Shown: positions 1 to 11,528 of the stretch, piece after piece
How the letters are laid out: each line of letters begins with the position of its first letter
How positions within the stretch are numbered: position 1 is the stretch's first letter
Assembly (NCBI GenBank): GCA_000165425.1
Contig: CT868174.1
Location: forward strand, 248,001 to 312,000
Origin: Paramecium tetraurelia
Taxonomy: Eukaryota
Length of the DNA: 64,000 nucleotides
Direction: 5' to 3'
Notes under the pieces: generated by a model
Database searches by the model: none
Told to the model about the DNA's origin: nothing
Seen by the model: only the letters and a program-made list of their open reading frames with translations
Position numbers and translations under genes: made by a program

Positions 1-1389
1 TACTCTTATCCCTCATTCAAGTCTCCTAATTCACTTGATCTTTCTGAAATCTCTTCTCCATTTTTTTTTCTATTTATGAAATTATCCTATAATAAATAAT
101 TGATCTTTAATAGCATCACATAAAGTTGTATCTCAGTCTCAGGTTTGCCTTGCTCATATTATTGAATTGAATTGAGTAGCATATTATAATTGACAGCTTT
201 ATTTCTAGTACACATCGATTTGTGTATGATATCAAAAAGTCTTAAGAATTCTGACTCATTTTAATCTGTAAAATACATAACAATATAATAGAATCCCTAA
301 ATAATTTGAGATTGCTTATTGTAAGCGATTTATTTCAAGAAATTACTTATGTTGTTCCATTCTCTATTTAAAATTTAACCTATTCTTTAGTTAATTTAGG
401 GAGATTGTGTTGTTTCCTGTCCTATGATTACTAAGATATCATAAAATGACATATTCTATTCAGTTTCAATCAACTGTTGAAATTATGATAGCAATTTCAT
501 TTTTCTCTTTATGTTCAAATTTTAGAATGAATATAAACTAAACATCTAAACTAAACAAATTTCATTAAGTTGAAATCTTAAACATTATTCCTATAAGGGA
601 TCTAGGGTTATGGATTTCTCTTAGATGATCAATATCACATGTAATATCACATATTAATAAGGTGAAATAGATTTATTCAACAATTTCTCAAATAATTACT
701 CAAAGTGTTCCTACTTAATCAATTAAATTAATAAATATATGATAGAAAGAGGATTTGAGTGTTTCTATATTTCCTGTTTGACTATGTTTTCTGGGTTTTA
801 TTCGAATGTCACTATTGCATCAATAATGAAGTTATTTAATTGTTTTTCTTTACTTTACAATAACACAGCCCTTAAATATTCATAATTTAAATTAAATTTC
901 TAATTATTTGATATCCTTTTCAAGATAATTAATGCTCTGTCAAAATCAATCTATTAAGAATTCACTATGACTGTTATTAATTTAGGTATTTAAGAGGCAA
1001 TATCCAATACCTAATTCTAAAATATTAATTGAGTGACAATGTCTAACTTTTCATTATCTAATTCTTTGAGATTAAGGAATAATTAAATTTATTGTTCATG
1101 AGGGAGAATTTGTAATTTGCTTTTGCAATCAAAATCAAGAGTTCCATTCTTTATAAATTTAGGAATATCAAATTTTAATGCACTTAGATCTAAAACCATT
1201 AGAACAACTTCTGGATATTAAAAAGCCAAAAGGTATTCTGAGAGCTCCTCAATAGATAATAGATAGTTTTTTAATAACTATTATAAACTTTTATTTGAAC
1301 TAAAATATGTGTATAAATATTTACAAAATAGAAGTTTTTAAATTTAGATTGAAATGCTAATCGACAATTTCTATATCCTTTATTTCCAT
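1..1389 (-). CDS. Uncharacterised protein, 3' end outside window
   Basis: ATG at 1389. Ciliate-code frame MEIKDIEIVDQHFNLNLKTSIF-SNKSLQQLLKNYLLSIEELSEYLL... across a 25-nt GT..AG intron; coding-like sequence continues to position 1. Confidence 0.65.
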
Positions 1390-2392
1390 GTTAGGAATGT
1401 TGAATATTTTTTTTTTCCAAAATGTAATTTTGATAAAATTCGCAAATTATTTTTTTAAATATTCATCCTAAAATTCTTATTTTATTAGAAACTTCACAAA
1501 GTCAACTATTACATCACAAAGAGTTTATGAGTCACAAACTAAAATACTTATATTTAATACCTTGAGGTTGGTCGACTTCAAAAAACTATATTAAAATTGT
1601 AATAATTTGCTATTAGACAGTCAATTTGTGGTTTAGGGGATTCGATATCGCTAATTATAAAAATAAATTATTACCATTATGTAAATAACGAATCAGAATA
1701 CTTTAATATTGTTTTAAGGAATCACCTGATTTAAGCTTTTCCAAAAATTTATGTAATTATCGCTATTGGAAATTTAAATAGAAATAATTACTTTAAAAGA
1801 CAGTCTCGATTCAGATTAATGAACATTCTAGAATAATAAATATAAATACTGATATTTGCTAGCTAATTTCTACAAGACACTCTACTATTTATTTTTGCAT
1901 GTATTTATTAATAATTTATAGAAATTAATATAAATGATATAAACTAAATAAAAACAATACCTTTTACAAAAATTCATCTTAGAAATCAATCTATTAATTT
2001 CTGTTTACATTAGATTTTGAATTACTATTTAACACATTAACAAGAATCTTTTAGTATGGATTCAACTTACTTGAAATAATTATGTTGGAACTAAACAATT
2101 TGTGTTAGCTAGTCAATCATAGAGTTTATAGAGATTTATATCAATATAGCTTTTGTTGATTTCCAAAAATTGCTCTATTTATTAGTAAATAATTATCATA
2201 AACTTAAATGCTCATAATAATTTCTCTCTTAATCATGCATTTAAATAATAATTGAATTTTTTAATTTAAAATAACTCTAATCATATTTCTAGTTCTTTAG
2301 TTTTCAATAATCTAAAATTCACCTTTTGAGACGTTATTAGAAATTTAATAAGAAAATAACTGATATTATAATATATTTTATAATTAGTTTAA

Positions 2393-3256
2393 ATGGGAAA
2401 TTAAAGTTAGAAGGAGAGGCTTTTAAGATATATTGATCAAGCAAAAGTAGAAAAACTTAAACAAATCTTAGAAATGTCACCTAATTTAATTAATTAAGAT
2501 CTTGCATCAGATATACTCCAAACTCCCTTAGTAAGAGCTGTTTGGAGAAATGATAAAGCTCTAGTTCAAATAATCTTAGACGTACCACTGATTCACATTA
2601 TAATTAGTTTGGTGCAAATCCAAATTAAGGAGGTTCCGCAAGTATCACTCCTCTCATGTGGGCTTGCAAAAGAGACAATCTATAAATTGTGTCTCTATTA
2701 ATTTAATCTGGAGCTGATATTAATATTCGTTCAAATCAAGGATTTTCAGCGTTGGATTATTCTATTTTACATGGTAATTATCGACCAGCACTTTATCTTT
2801 TTGAATTCATACAAGAAATTCTCTAGTTTTCATCCTATTATCAATTTGCTTAAGATAACGATTACAGATATGTAAATTACGAAATTATGATAACTCATTT
2901 AAAGTTAAAAACAGAATACTAACTCATTCCAAATATCTATGAAAAACCTAAAAAGTAATAATTACTTGATCCTGTTATTGACCCTAGAGAAACTTGGGGA
3001 GACTTCATATATAGACAGATAGAGTTTTAGAATCCTCCTTTGGTAGAAAGAGATGAATTACCATCTAATCTATAACCTTAAAATAGAATTATAGGCAAAA
3101 TTAGGTAATAAATTAATGGGTTACCAGTTGAGAAGAGTAAATCTCAATAATATAAAAGCATTAGTCCTTAAGTAATTATATCATTTATTAATATTTAAGA
3201 ATCAAAAAAATGACTCATTAGCCAATCAGAACTAAAATTAAATTTCATTTACTTGA
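2393..3256 (+). CDS. Ankyrin-repeat protein with possible N-myristoylation (MGNQSQ)
   Basis: QTPLVRAVWRNDKALVQIILDFGANPN, ITPLMWACKRDNLQIVSLLIQSGADIN and GFSALDYSILHGN are ankyrin repeats. Two short introns; TGA at 3254-3256. Confidence 0.88.
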
Positions 3257-4626
3257 TTTTATTTAAAAGTTATATTATAATATGATAAAATTAATATATT
3301 TATCTGAAAAATAAAGAAGGATATAAATGAATTTCTAAAATAATATAAATATTATGAAATTTTAAGTTTTTAAGAAAAATGATACTTCTAATGAACTTAA
3401 GAAAATAATAGAGATTAATAATGATTTCGCAATATCAAGTATTCAGGAAGATTTCTGATGATTATTAGAGTTATCATTCCTTAAAAAAGAGAATTATGTA
3501 TGTTTTTCTTTTTATTTATAACAATAAATCTTAGGCTAATACTTCGCAAAGAAAATTTAATATCCACTTTTTGTCAGAATATTTCTATTATAAATGAGTT
3601 TTAATGGTAGACTCAAAGTGTGAAATGAAGAGTCAAAGCAATATAAATTACTACTAAAAACTATGGAACTAAATAAATTATGCTTAATTATTAGATAGCC
3701 TTATTAAATCAATTCTCTTATTGACTTACTTACTCTCCACCCTTAGCTTTGTAATTCCCATTTTCAAAGATTTACTTATTATATAAACCGTAAAACACTT
3801 TTAATGTCTGCATAGTAAATCTTAAATAAATAATTTATAAATTCCAATAAAACAAATAAATTATTTTTGTATAATCATAATAAATTGGGCAGATTGAAAC
3901 ATCAGGGATAAGTTATTGCAAGAAACATTTTTAATTTAATTATAATGAGAAAACCAATTTTTTAAATTCTTTTAGAGAGGAATAGATTAATTAATTTAAG
4001 ACACAAAAACTACAGGAGTAATAAAATAATAGTTTACAAAATTGAATAAAAATATCAAGAAATTAATTTTTGATATGGAGTACAGATTTATGATGAATAG
4101 CATAAATATAGATTTTGTAAAATTTGATATATATTTCTGATTCTATTATGATCAATAGAGAATTAAAAATATAAATATATATTTGTATTAATTTGTACTT
4201 TTGCATGATTATATTACAATAATTAAGTTTATCATTTACTATTTTTGTGTGTAATATATTTTTCTTGCCAAGATAAATGATTTAGGTTCAATAGAATCTT
4301 AAATACATTAATTAATATTAAAATGATAGATGTAGATATACTCTATAAAGTTCTAGAGGAAAAAGATAGATTCAACAGAACTTCGAAGTTGGTCAGCCAT
4401 TAAAATAAATTTTAATTGATATATATCACAAGTACTCTCTGAAAACTAAACGATTTAATAATTGGATTTTAAAATGGTTGAAATAAATATAAATTTAGTT
4501 TGAAAAACCTTTTTGGTTAATAGAAAAATCTTATTCTAATGTAGCTAAAGTATTCGGTCTCGGTATTGGTATTTGTAAAGGGAATAAAGGTTCAACTTTG
4601 TTCTCAAAATTATTATTTATTTTAAT

Positions 4627-6108
4627 ATGCATCAAAGACATTCTAAACTATTTGAATCTGGTGGTGAGGCTGTTAAGAGGAACTTACTCGAATCTTATTC
4701 AATGCAGAATCGTAAGCCAAATAGTAACGAGGATTAGTAGTTACGTGAGTAAGTAGAGAGATTAACAAATGAATTAACAAATTTGAAGAATAAGGATAAA
4801 GACAAGGTTTATATTGATAAACAGATACAATGTGAAGACAAGAAATGGGAATTATTGAATGAGTTAATAAAGTAGAAAGACAAATCTATTGAATAATATG
4901 AGAAATAGATAATCAGCTTTAAGAATATGATCCTATAGAGTAATTAACAGAAAAAGGAATTGCTTGAAAAATTGGAGAAGCAAGATCCCATGAAAAAAAG
5001 TTAGGTGCTAAAAGTTTCTCAAAATACTCAAACAGATTTTAGTAAGGTTTCCTAAACTCAATAAACAGACCATGATTTTGGAATAACCCTTGGAGTCAAA
5101 TAAACTGAGTCAACAAATAAGGTCAAATAACAAGAATCCAAGCTAGTTTAGACGGAAGCAAAATCCTATAATGAAATAGCCCTACTAAATCAAGATGAGA
5201 TGTATAGGGAAATTGAATAATATAAATAAATTCTAAGGGAGTATGATTTGGAGAATAGGAGATTGAAGTCACTACTATAACCCAGTAGGGAAAATATTAG
5301 CAAAGACACTCAAACTACAATGATGATGGAGGATAAGAGTATTCAGATGGAAGACGAAACTGTGAATGAGATGGGGAAGGTGGTTCAAGAGTATTAAAGA
5401 TAGATTGAGGATTAAAAACAATTGCAAAAACGATGTAATCAACTTTAAATAGACATGAATACCTTGAAAAAACAGTATGACCAGTTGGTAAGTGATTACT
5501 ACTTTGTTCAATCTGAGAGTAAAGTGAGTGATAAGAAAATAAAAGAGTTGAATGAGGAGGTAGAGTAATTGAAATTTGAGTTACAGTCGAAAGATCCAAG
5601 TGTGAGCAGTGCAGAGACTGTGACATCTCCAAAGGATTCTCAAAGGAGTTTCAAGAAAAAAGGGAATAATTATAAAGTGAAAAATAATGCTTAACCAACT
5701 TATTTTAACCCTTAGAACGTCGATGAATTAATTCTTACACAAGAGGAGAATTAGAAATTGTTATTAAAGATATCTGAATTGAAGAAGGAATTAGTAGAGG
5801 CTTAAAAAGGCTTAAAAACAATGTAAGAGGAACTAGCAACTAAGGAATAGATGCTACTCAGTTAAGGCTAGGAATTGGTAGAGTGCTAAACAGAGTTAAG
5901 GGGAATCAAGGTTAGAATAGATTCAGTCAATCAATTGGAATAGAGAGTTTAAGAGTAAGAGTTCAAATATACGGATGAAATTCACAAATTATCTTAGAAA
6001 TTGGCAATCTTGAATTCGGATTATTTGGGGATGAAAGTGATTAACCAGACCTTACACTCTCAATTGGATAAATATTAGAACAGATTAAAATAACAACAAT
6101 CACCATGA
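4627..6108 (+). CDS. Intronless coiled-coil protein (~493 aa) with several TQT/xQT motifs
   Basis: Frame open from ATG 4627 to TGA 6106-6108 with TAA/TAG=Gln. E/K/Q-rich heptads; motifs SQNTQTD and SKDTQTT. Confidence 0.85.
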
Positions 6109-6130
6109 TTACTTATAAATTTAATTATTA

Positions 6131-6577
6131 ATGTAATTGACTATACCATTGAGATTGACAGATTCACCAGGTAGAGGTATGCCTACAACATCAAGTCATT
6201 CATGCAAGGCTTAATCAATGAAGAGTCTAAATGCGAGTGCTGTTTCTGCCTATAACATGTCCCAACAGGCCAAATCGGACTCTAAATCAAATCAGCACTT
6301 TTTTGAATCCTCAATTAGTTTTGCAATCGAATTTAATTCAACTTCTCCAATATAAATACAATGTGAAAATTGTCATACATATTGTAGTTCAGTAGTTATT
6401 GTGGAAAGCACCATTTACACTTATATATCTACGTTAATAATGACTTTGATTTGTCTTTGTTGGGTTCCTTTTGCTTTGAAGAACTATTTTATGAAAATCA
6501 CTCATTCTTGTCCTGGATGTGACAGAATTATAGGATAGTATGATTTTTTGAATTCTTAATTAAATACAATATAATGA
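6131..6577 (+). CDS. LITAF-like zinc-ribbon domain protein
   Basis: PIQIQCENCH, then a hydrophobic stretch (LICLCWVPF), then THSCPGCDRIIG: the CxxC / hydrophobic / HxCPxC LITAF signature. Confidence 0.85.
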
Positions 6578-6633
6578 TTTTGCACTTCATGTTTAAGTTT
6601 CATTAACAATATAAATTCATCTTAAATCAAACA

Positions 6634-8505
6634 TCAAAATAACAACAACTCAAAAAATCTTATTAAAGATGGAATCAATGCCCCATTTAAATAATAAAAT
6701 AAATACACTCCAACATTATTATAATTGATAACCACCTGTTTATAGTATGTTAAAATCGACTCAAACCCAAAGTATGAAAACAACTAAAAATATCCATATA
6801 AAAACAGTAAATTGATTAAGTATGTGAATATATCCCATAACTTGAAATTAGCTACATTAACAAATAAAAGTACGTTTAAATCTCAATGGTTAAATGAAGA
6901 AAAACCAAGGTCCTAAGAAAATGGCAATAAATGTGGCTATTGGTATTTGAACTATTCCCGCATACATCATCACAAAACATACCTAAATCACTAATTCAAC
7001 CCATAACCATTCTGCCACACTTTCTTTACGAGGCAATCTAAATTATCCAAAAATCCATTTCCTGGTAGAATAAATGATTATCTAGTATATCACTATGATG
7101 GCCAGCATAATGGCAAAGAATTAATTGAAATACTCGAACTCCTGTATATTTAAATAACTCATCATATTTGGAATGAAACATAAGGTGAAACCCATAAAGA
7201 TTTCAATGATTGCTTTATGTGCAACCATTGAATTGCATCTACCCAATTCTTTTTTATCATCATTGTATAAATTGAAATGCCATCTACTATAAACTGACTT
7301 TATGGCAAAGATGGCACAACTCAAAATCACAAACACATAAGGCAAACAATAATTCTGTATTGTCAATGTTGAATTTTTGTTTAAAGGAACATATAGAGTT
7401 GAACCAGAATGGATGAATTCATCGTTTGCCATTAATGCCTTAATACTGGCTTCTCCTACCAATAACAACTTATTAGTCAATTAAACTGTATCATTTTTGT
7501 TTTGAGAATTGTACCCTCTTAATGTTAATGAATAAATTCCATATTTCATAATATAAGAATGAGCATCATGCAGATCTCCTTGAAACATCTCAATTTGATT
7601 TGAAAAATAAGGATTCATATATAAGAATCTAGCTTAAGGTATCTAATACAGAGAATTTAATTCTAATAGCTACCAATATTTTCTTATTTAATTTTCTAAG
7701 TAGGTTTCAAGTTTTTACATCCAAAAATAGTTAGTTTCTGTAAATTAATAATAAAAATTCTATTTTTCCATAATCTTGTTGATACTATTGTAATAATCTC
7801 TGTCTGAGACTTTACCATTCAATCCAAATACCTTCAAGGCAACAGAATCAAATTTATCATCTAGATTGATGTTGATTGAAGATCTGATAGTCCCAGATCT
7901 GGGCATAAAGGACACTCCCTATGGGTTTACATACTCTTCCAAGAATGCTGTAATTCCTTGACCGTATCTTTTATGATTTGAATGATAGCCTACAAATATT
8001 AAATCTCTTGATAAATAATTTATGTCTAAGAATATTATTTTTTATTCATACAATCTGATTAAAATAGTCTAATGAGTGCCAACACATATGCAATACTTCT
8101 GATCTTGATATTCGGAACCTCATCGTTATATTCAAACGATATCAAACTGCATTCATAATCAGGACTTCTTGGTGCTTTCAATTTTGCAATCACATTTTTG
8201 TGCTTCTCCTAATAAAATGTTTCCAAACCCATATTATTAAACGTTTTCATCATCAATTATCGGATATCGCCAGTCTTACCAAATTCTTTCATGTATTACT
8301 CAGAATACTAACTTAAGGTTTAAGCTAACTCATTATTGACCTCGACTTGAATTAATTGACTTCCATCAAAGGAATTTCGATCTGATTTAGATGATATTAC
8401 AAAGAGCAGGTATATTCCATATATAAATGTAAATGGAAATACTAGTATCAATACTTTCCAGAGTTTCCATTTAATAAGCAATTGATATCCTAAGTCTTTG
8501 AACAT
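6634..8505 (-). CDS. GAA1: GPI transamidase subunit Gaa1/GPAA1
   Basis: N-terminal TM helix, then NVIAKLKAPRS, YLSRDLIFV, GITAFLEEY, RSGTIRSSINI and VFGLNGKVSDRD, matching the Gaa1 lumenal motifs. Multiple C-terminal TM helices; short introns. Confidence 0.8.
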
Positions 8506-8550
8506 ATTTATATTAATAATTGAGTTTATAATAGTTTATATTAAGTAAAG

Positions 8551-9252
8551 TCAATAAGCCTTTTGTTTCACTCTCAATAAATGTCTAAACTGATCTAATT
8601 TACTACTAAAATCATCCAATCTCGATGATGACTTAGTGCTTGGTATATTTATTTTATCGAAATTCGACTTAGCTGGAGTGCTTATCTTATTGTAATTAGA
8701 CAATGCTGAACTTGGCCTGTAATTTGATCTGTCCAACTTAAATGAGTTCAATGATAATTATTGATCCTGATTTGATAATTTCCTTTCAAAATCCTTTAGT
8801 TATTTCATGAATCCAGAATTTGGACTCACAATCCTTCTTTTACTTTGGATATGCAGCATTGTCTAATTGACACTCCAATTGTATTTCTGCATCATGTATG
8901 CTGCTACTATTGCAGCTGATCTAGATATCCCAGCATAACAATGTATCAGCACATTGGTCTTTTTGCTTTAATTCTCTATAAATCTTATGCTCTAATCAAA
9001 GTATTTATGTAGAGGAAAGTCTTCTGAATCCTCAGCCATAATCCACTAAATATATTGATAAGACATTACTAATTTTTGGGCTCCTTATACAGGAACAGAT
9101 TAATCTAATATTTACAATACAGCTCCAATTTTATGTTAATTGAGCAATTGAGAATCTTAGGCTGCATCAACATTTCCTAAGTATATTCCTCCACAACCGT
9201 TGAGTGGAGCAACAATACAATTCATTGGCAAGCAATAGTTATTAACGAACAT
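8551..9252 (-). CDS. Dual-specificity protein phosphatase
   Basis: [10 protein letters not shown], catalytic [21 protein letters not shown], and [14 protein letters not shown]. Confidence 0.93.
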
Positions 9253-9372
9253 ATTTAATAAACAAAATTAATTACATAATTGGATTTTCATTTATTAGTT
9301 AAAAATCAGTGTTATTGAGTTTCATTCAAAATAACAATAATATTTATAGAATTTTTAATTTTACTAATACTT

Positions 9373-10907
9373 TCATTAAACAACAACAACATTTTTTTGT
9401 ACTGCTTTCTAAGCTTCATCTTCTGCTTCTGGTAATTTTGATCCCTTTTTATTCTGTTTACTTAAATTTCTCTTTCTGATACAAACTATAAAAATAATTA
9501 TGATGATCGATGTAAGAACCACAATAACTATTTTGAGAGCTTCATATACTATAAAATATAATTATGTTATATACGAAATTCTTAGTCGACATTTTTAGGA
9601 GGATATCTAGTTTTGACTGTGATATTGGATTGATTTAATTCATTTTAAAACCAATCATCAGCAGTGAAATTATGTTTCAATTAGTCAGAGGAACAATTGC
9701 TTCTTACAAAGGTTAGAGTCAAGTTTTCCTTGTCAAAACCAATATCCCAATTTCGCATCCACACCTACCCCAATATCATTCTCACACTGCCAGAGTACCC
9801 TGCAACAGGTAAACAATAAGCATCATGTTATACCATGTCTTTGGTTAAGTAATCTCTCGGAGTCCAATCAAAGATAAAATTATTCTCCATGATAAATTGG
9901 TAAGTAGGGAAGAATGAAATAAATTACTCAAAGGATCCATGGAGTGTTTTATTATACACATAACATGCCAAGTCATCATTAAACTGCATTTGAGGACAAT
10001 TAGCAGATTCACACACAAAAAAATTCACCAATGCTCTTGTGACATCAGGATGAGCATTCACAAGAGTAGATCCAGAATCTATGAATGAACCTCCTCCTGA
10101 TTATAGATCTGCTCCTGCCAAGATGGTTTTATTATGAACTTTAATTTGAGAGATCTTAACACCATAAACTGGCTTATTTTGAGTATGCATGTACTAAATT
10201 GTATAATACGCACTGTTCTTCTGATGTCTGCTGTAATCATATTATCCTATTGTCATGTAACCATCAATTCTCCCTATGCAAATGGCAAAGAACAAGTTCA
10301 TTCCATTATGTTGAGTATGAATATCATCCACAATGTTAGGAAATGCAAGACTAGTGTTAGTCTTTGGAGACAAGCCCATTATACCATTTGCCTATTGAGT
10401 TTTGAATAAATTCGTTTCTCTGGTGGTGCATCCGAAAACACTAGTCACACTACTATCCTTCTTTGAGATTGATTCATTGGATGATGACTTAGCCTCCATT
10501 AATAAATCCCCAAAAATCACTTGATCCTTCAAATAAAACCCTTCCAGATGTGATCCTTCAGAATAGGAAATAGAAAAAATGCATTATTGATTCAAACATC
10601 TCAGACAAGTGCATTCTCCAAATTGACTTTTGCAATCCAATTCTTCTTAAGTTGATGAATTATTTCTAATGTAATATTAATCCAAATGGATTCCGCATGA
10701 TTTTGTTTAATCACAAGCATCGCAAGGGAAGGCTGTTATTGAGCTTCCAGTATCAATAATAACTGATTGTCTCTAGGGAGGATTGCCAACATAAATATTA
10801 ACAAAATAGTATCCTAAATCTGAACTTCCATGAATGATAGAAGTGTGAATAGGATCATCATCTTATCCTAGTACTTAAAGTAATTAGATTATATAAATAA
10901 AAAACAT
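9373..10907 (-). CDS. Membrane-anchored A1 aspartyl protease, plasmepsin V/ASP5-like
   Basis: Signal peptide; GYYFVNIYVGNPPQRQSVIIDTGSS; Cys-rich insert; YSEGS; FGCTTRETNLFKTQQANGIMGLS; second catalytic FIDSGST; C-terminal TM helix and basic tail. Confidence 0.9.
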
Positions 10908-11110
10908 ATAAAAAATTAAATGAATTAATATTCTTATAATTTACACAAAATATCATTATTAACTCTTCACTATTATAGATTGAAAATAATATTTCTTGAT
11001 CTCTTTCGATTCGATATTCACTATAGGTTTTATCGATGGAATAAAATAATTCTCATATGATTAAATGAAGAAATTGATGATTTGATAATATTGTACTAAT
11101 AAAAAATGTA

Positions 11111-11501
11111 TCATTATTATGTTAAGATATCAGAATCTCCTGCATCGAATGATGGCCAAACTTGAGCATCTGTGTAATTTACCACAGGCGGTACCTAAAA
11201 TAAGATAAAATCACTCATGCCCATAAACTCAATTAGGAAGAGCTAAGCCTCCCAATTAAACCCCCGTACCTAAATCGACGTTGTTTCCTTGATATAAAAC
11301 AATGGTGATCTAAGCCAACATGGCATAGTATTCAATTTGGGTCTTTCTGATTGTGGGACAATTGTTTGAAATGAATACAAGCTTGGCAGTTCCATTTCTG
11401 ATGGCCTTCAAGGTTTACTTGTAACCCATGGTGATCTTTCCTGATCTAACAACCAATTAGAGTTTTTAGTTGACACTCTCTTAAGCAACATTCTTGACCA
11501 T
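11111..11501 (-). CDS. RPL30: 60S ribosomal protein L30 (eL30), with a 1-nt frameshift near the C-terminus as assembled
   Basis: [62 protein letters not shown]...[12 protein letters not shown]. Intron 11195-11269. The conserved DAGDSDIL lies one base out of frame. Confidence 0.93.
11195..11269 (-). other. Unusually long (75 nt), hairpin-forming spliceosomal intron of RPL30
   Basis: GTACGG...TTTTAG splits the Gly codon of the conserved LGTACGK; removing it restores the motif exactly. Confidence 0.88.
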
Positions 11502-11528
11502 TTTAAAATTAATTTAAAAATTTTAATA

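Noticed and set aside
5275..5632. Minus-strand ORF-track entries 5275-5511 and 5315-5632
   Set aside because: Antisense shadows of the plus-strand coiled-coil gene. The same applies to 10134-10409, 20282-20569, 22855-23058, 29303-29524, 35973-36284, 60734-61195 and 63268-63573 relative to their host genes.
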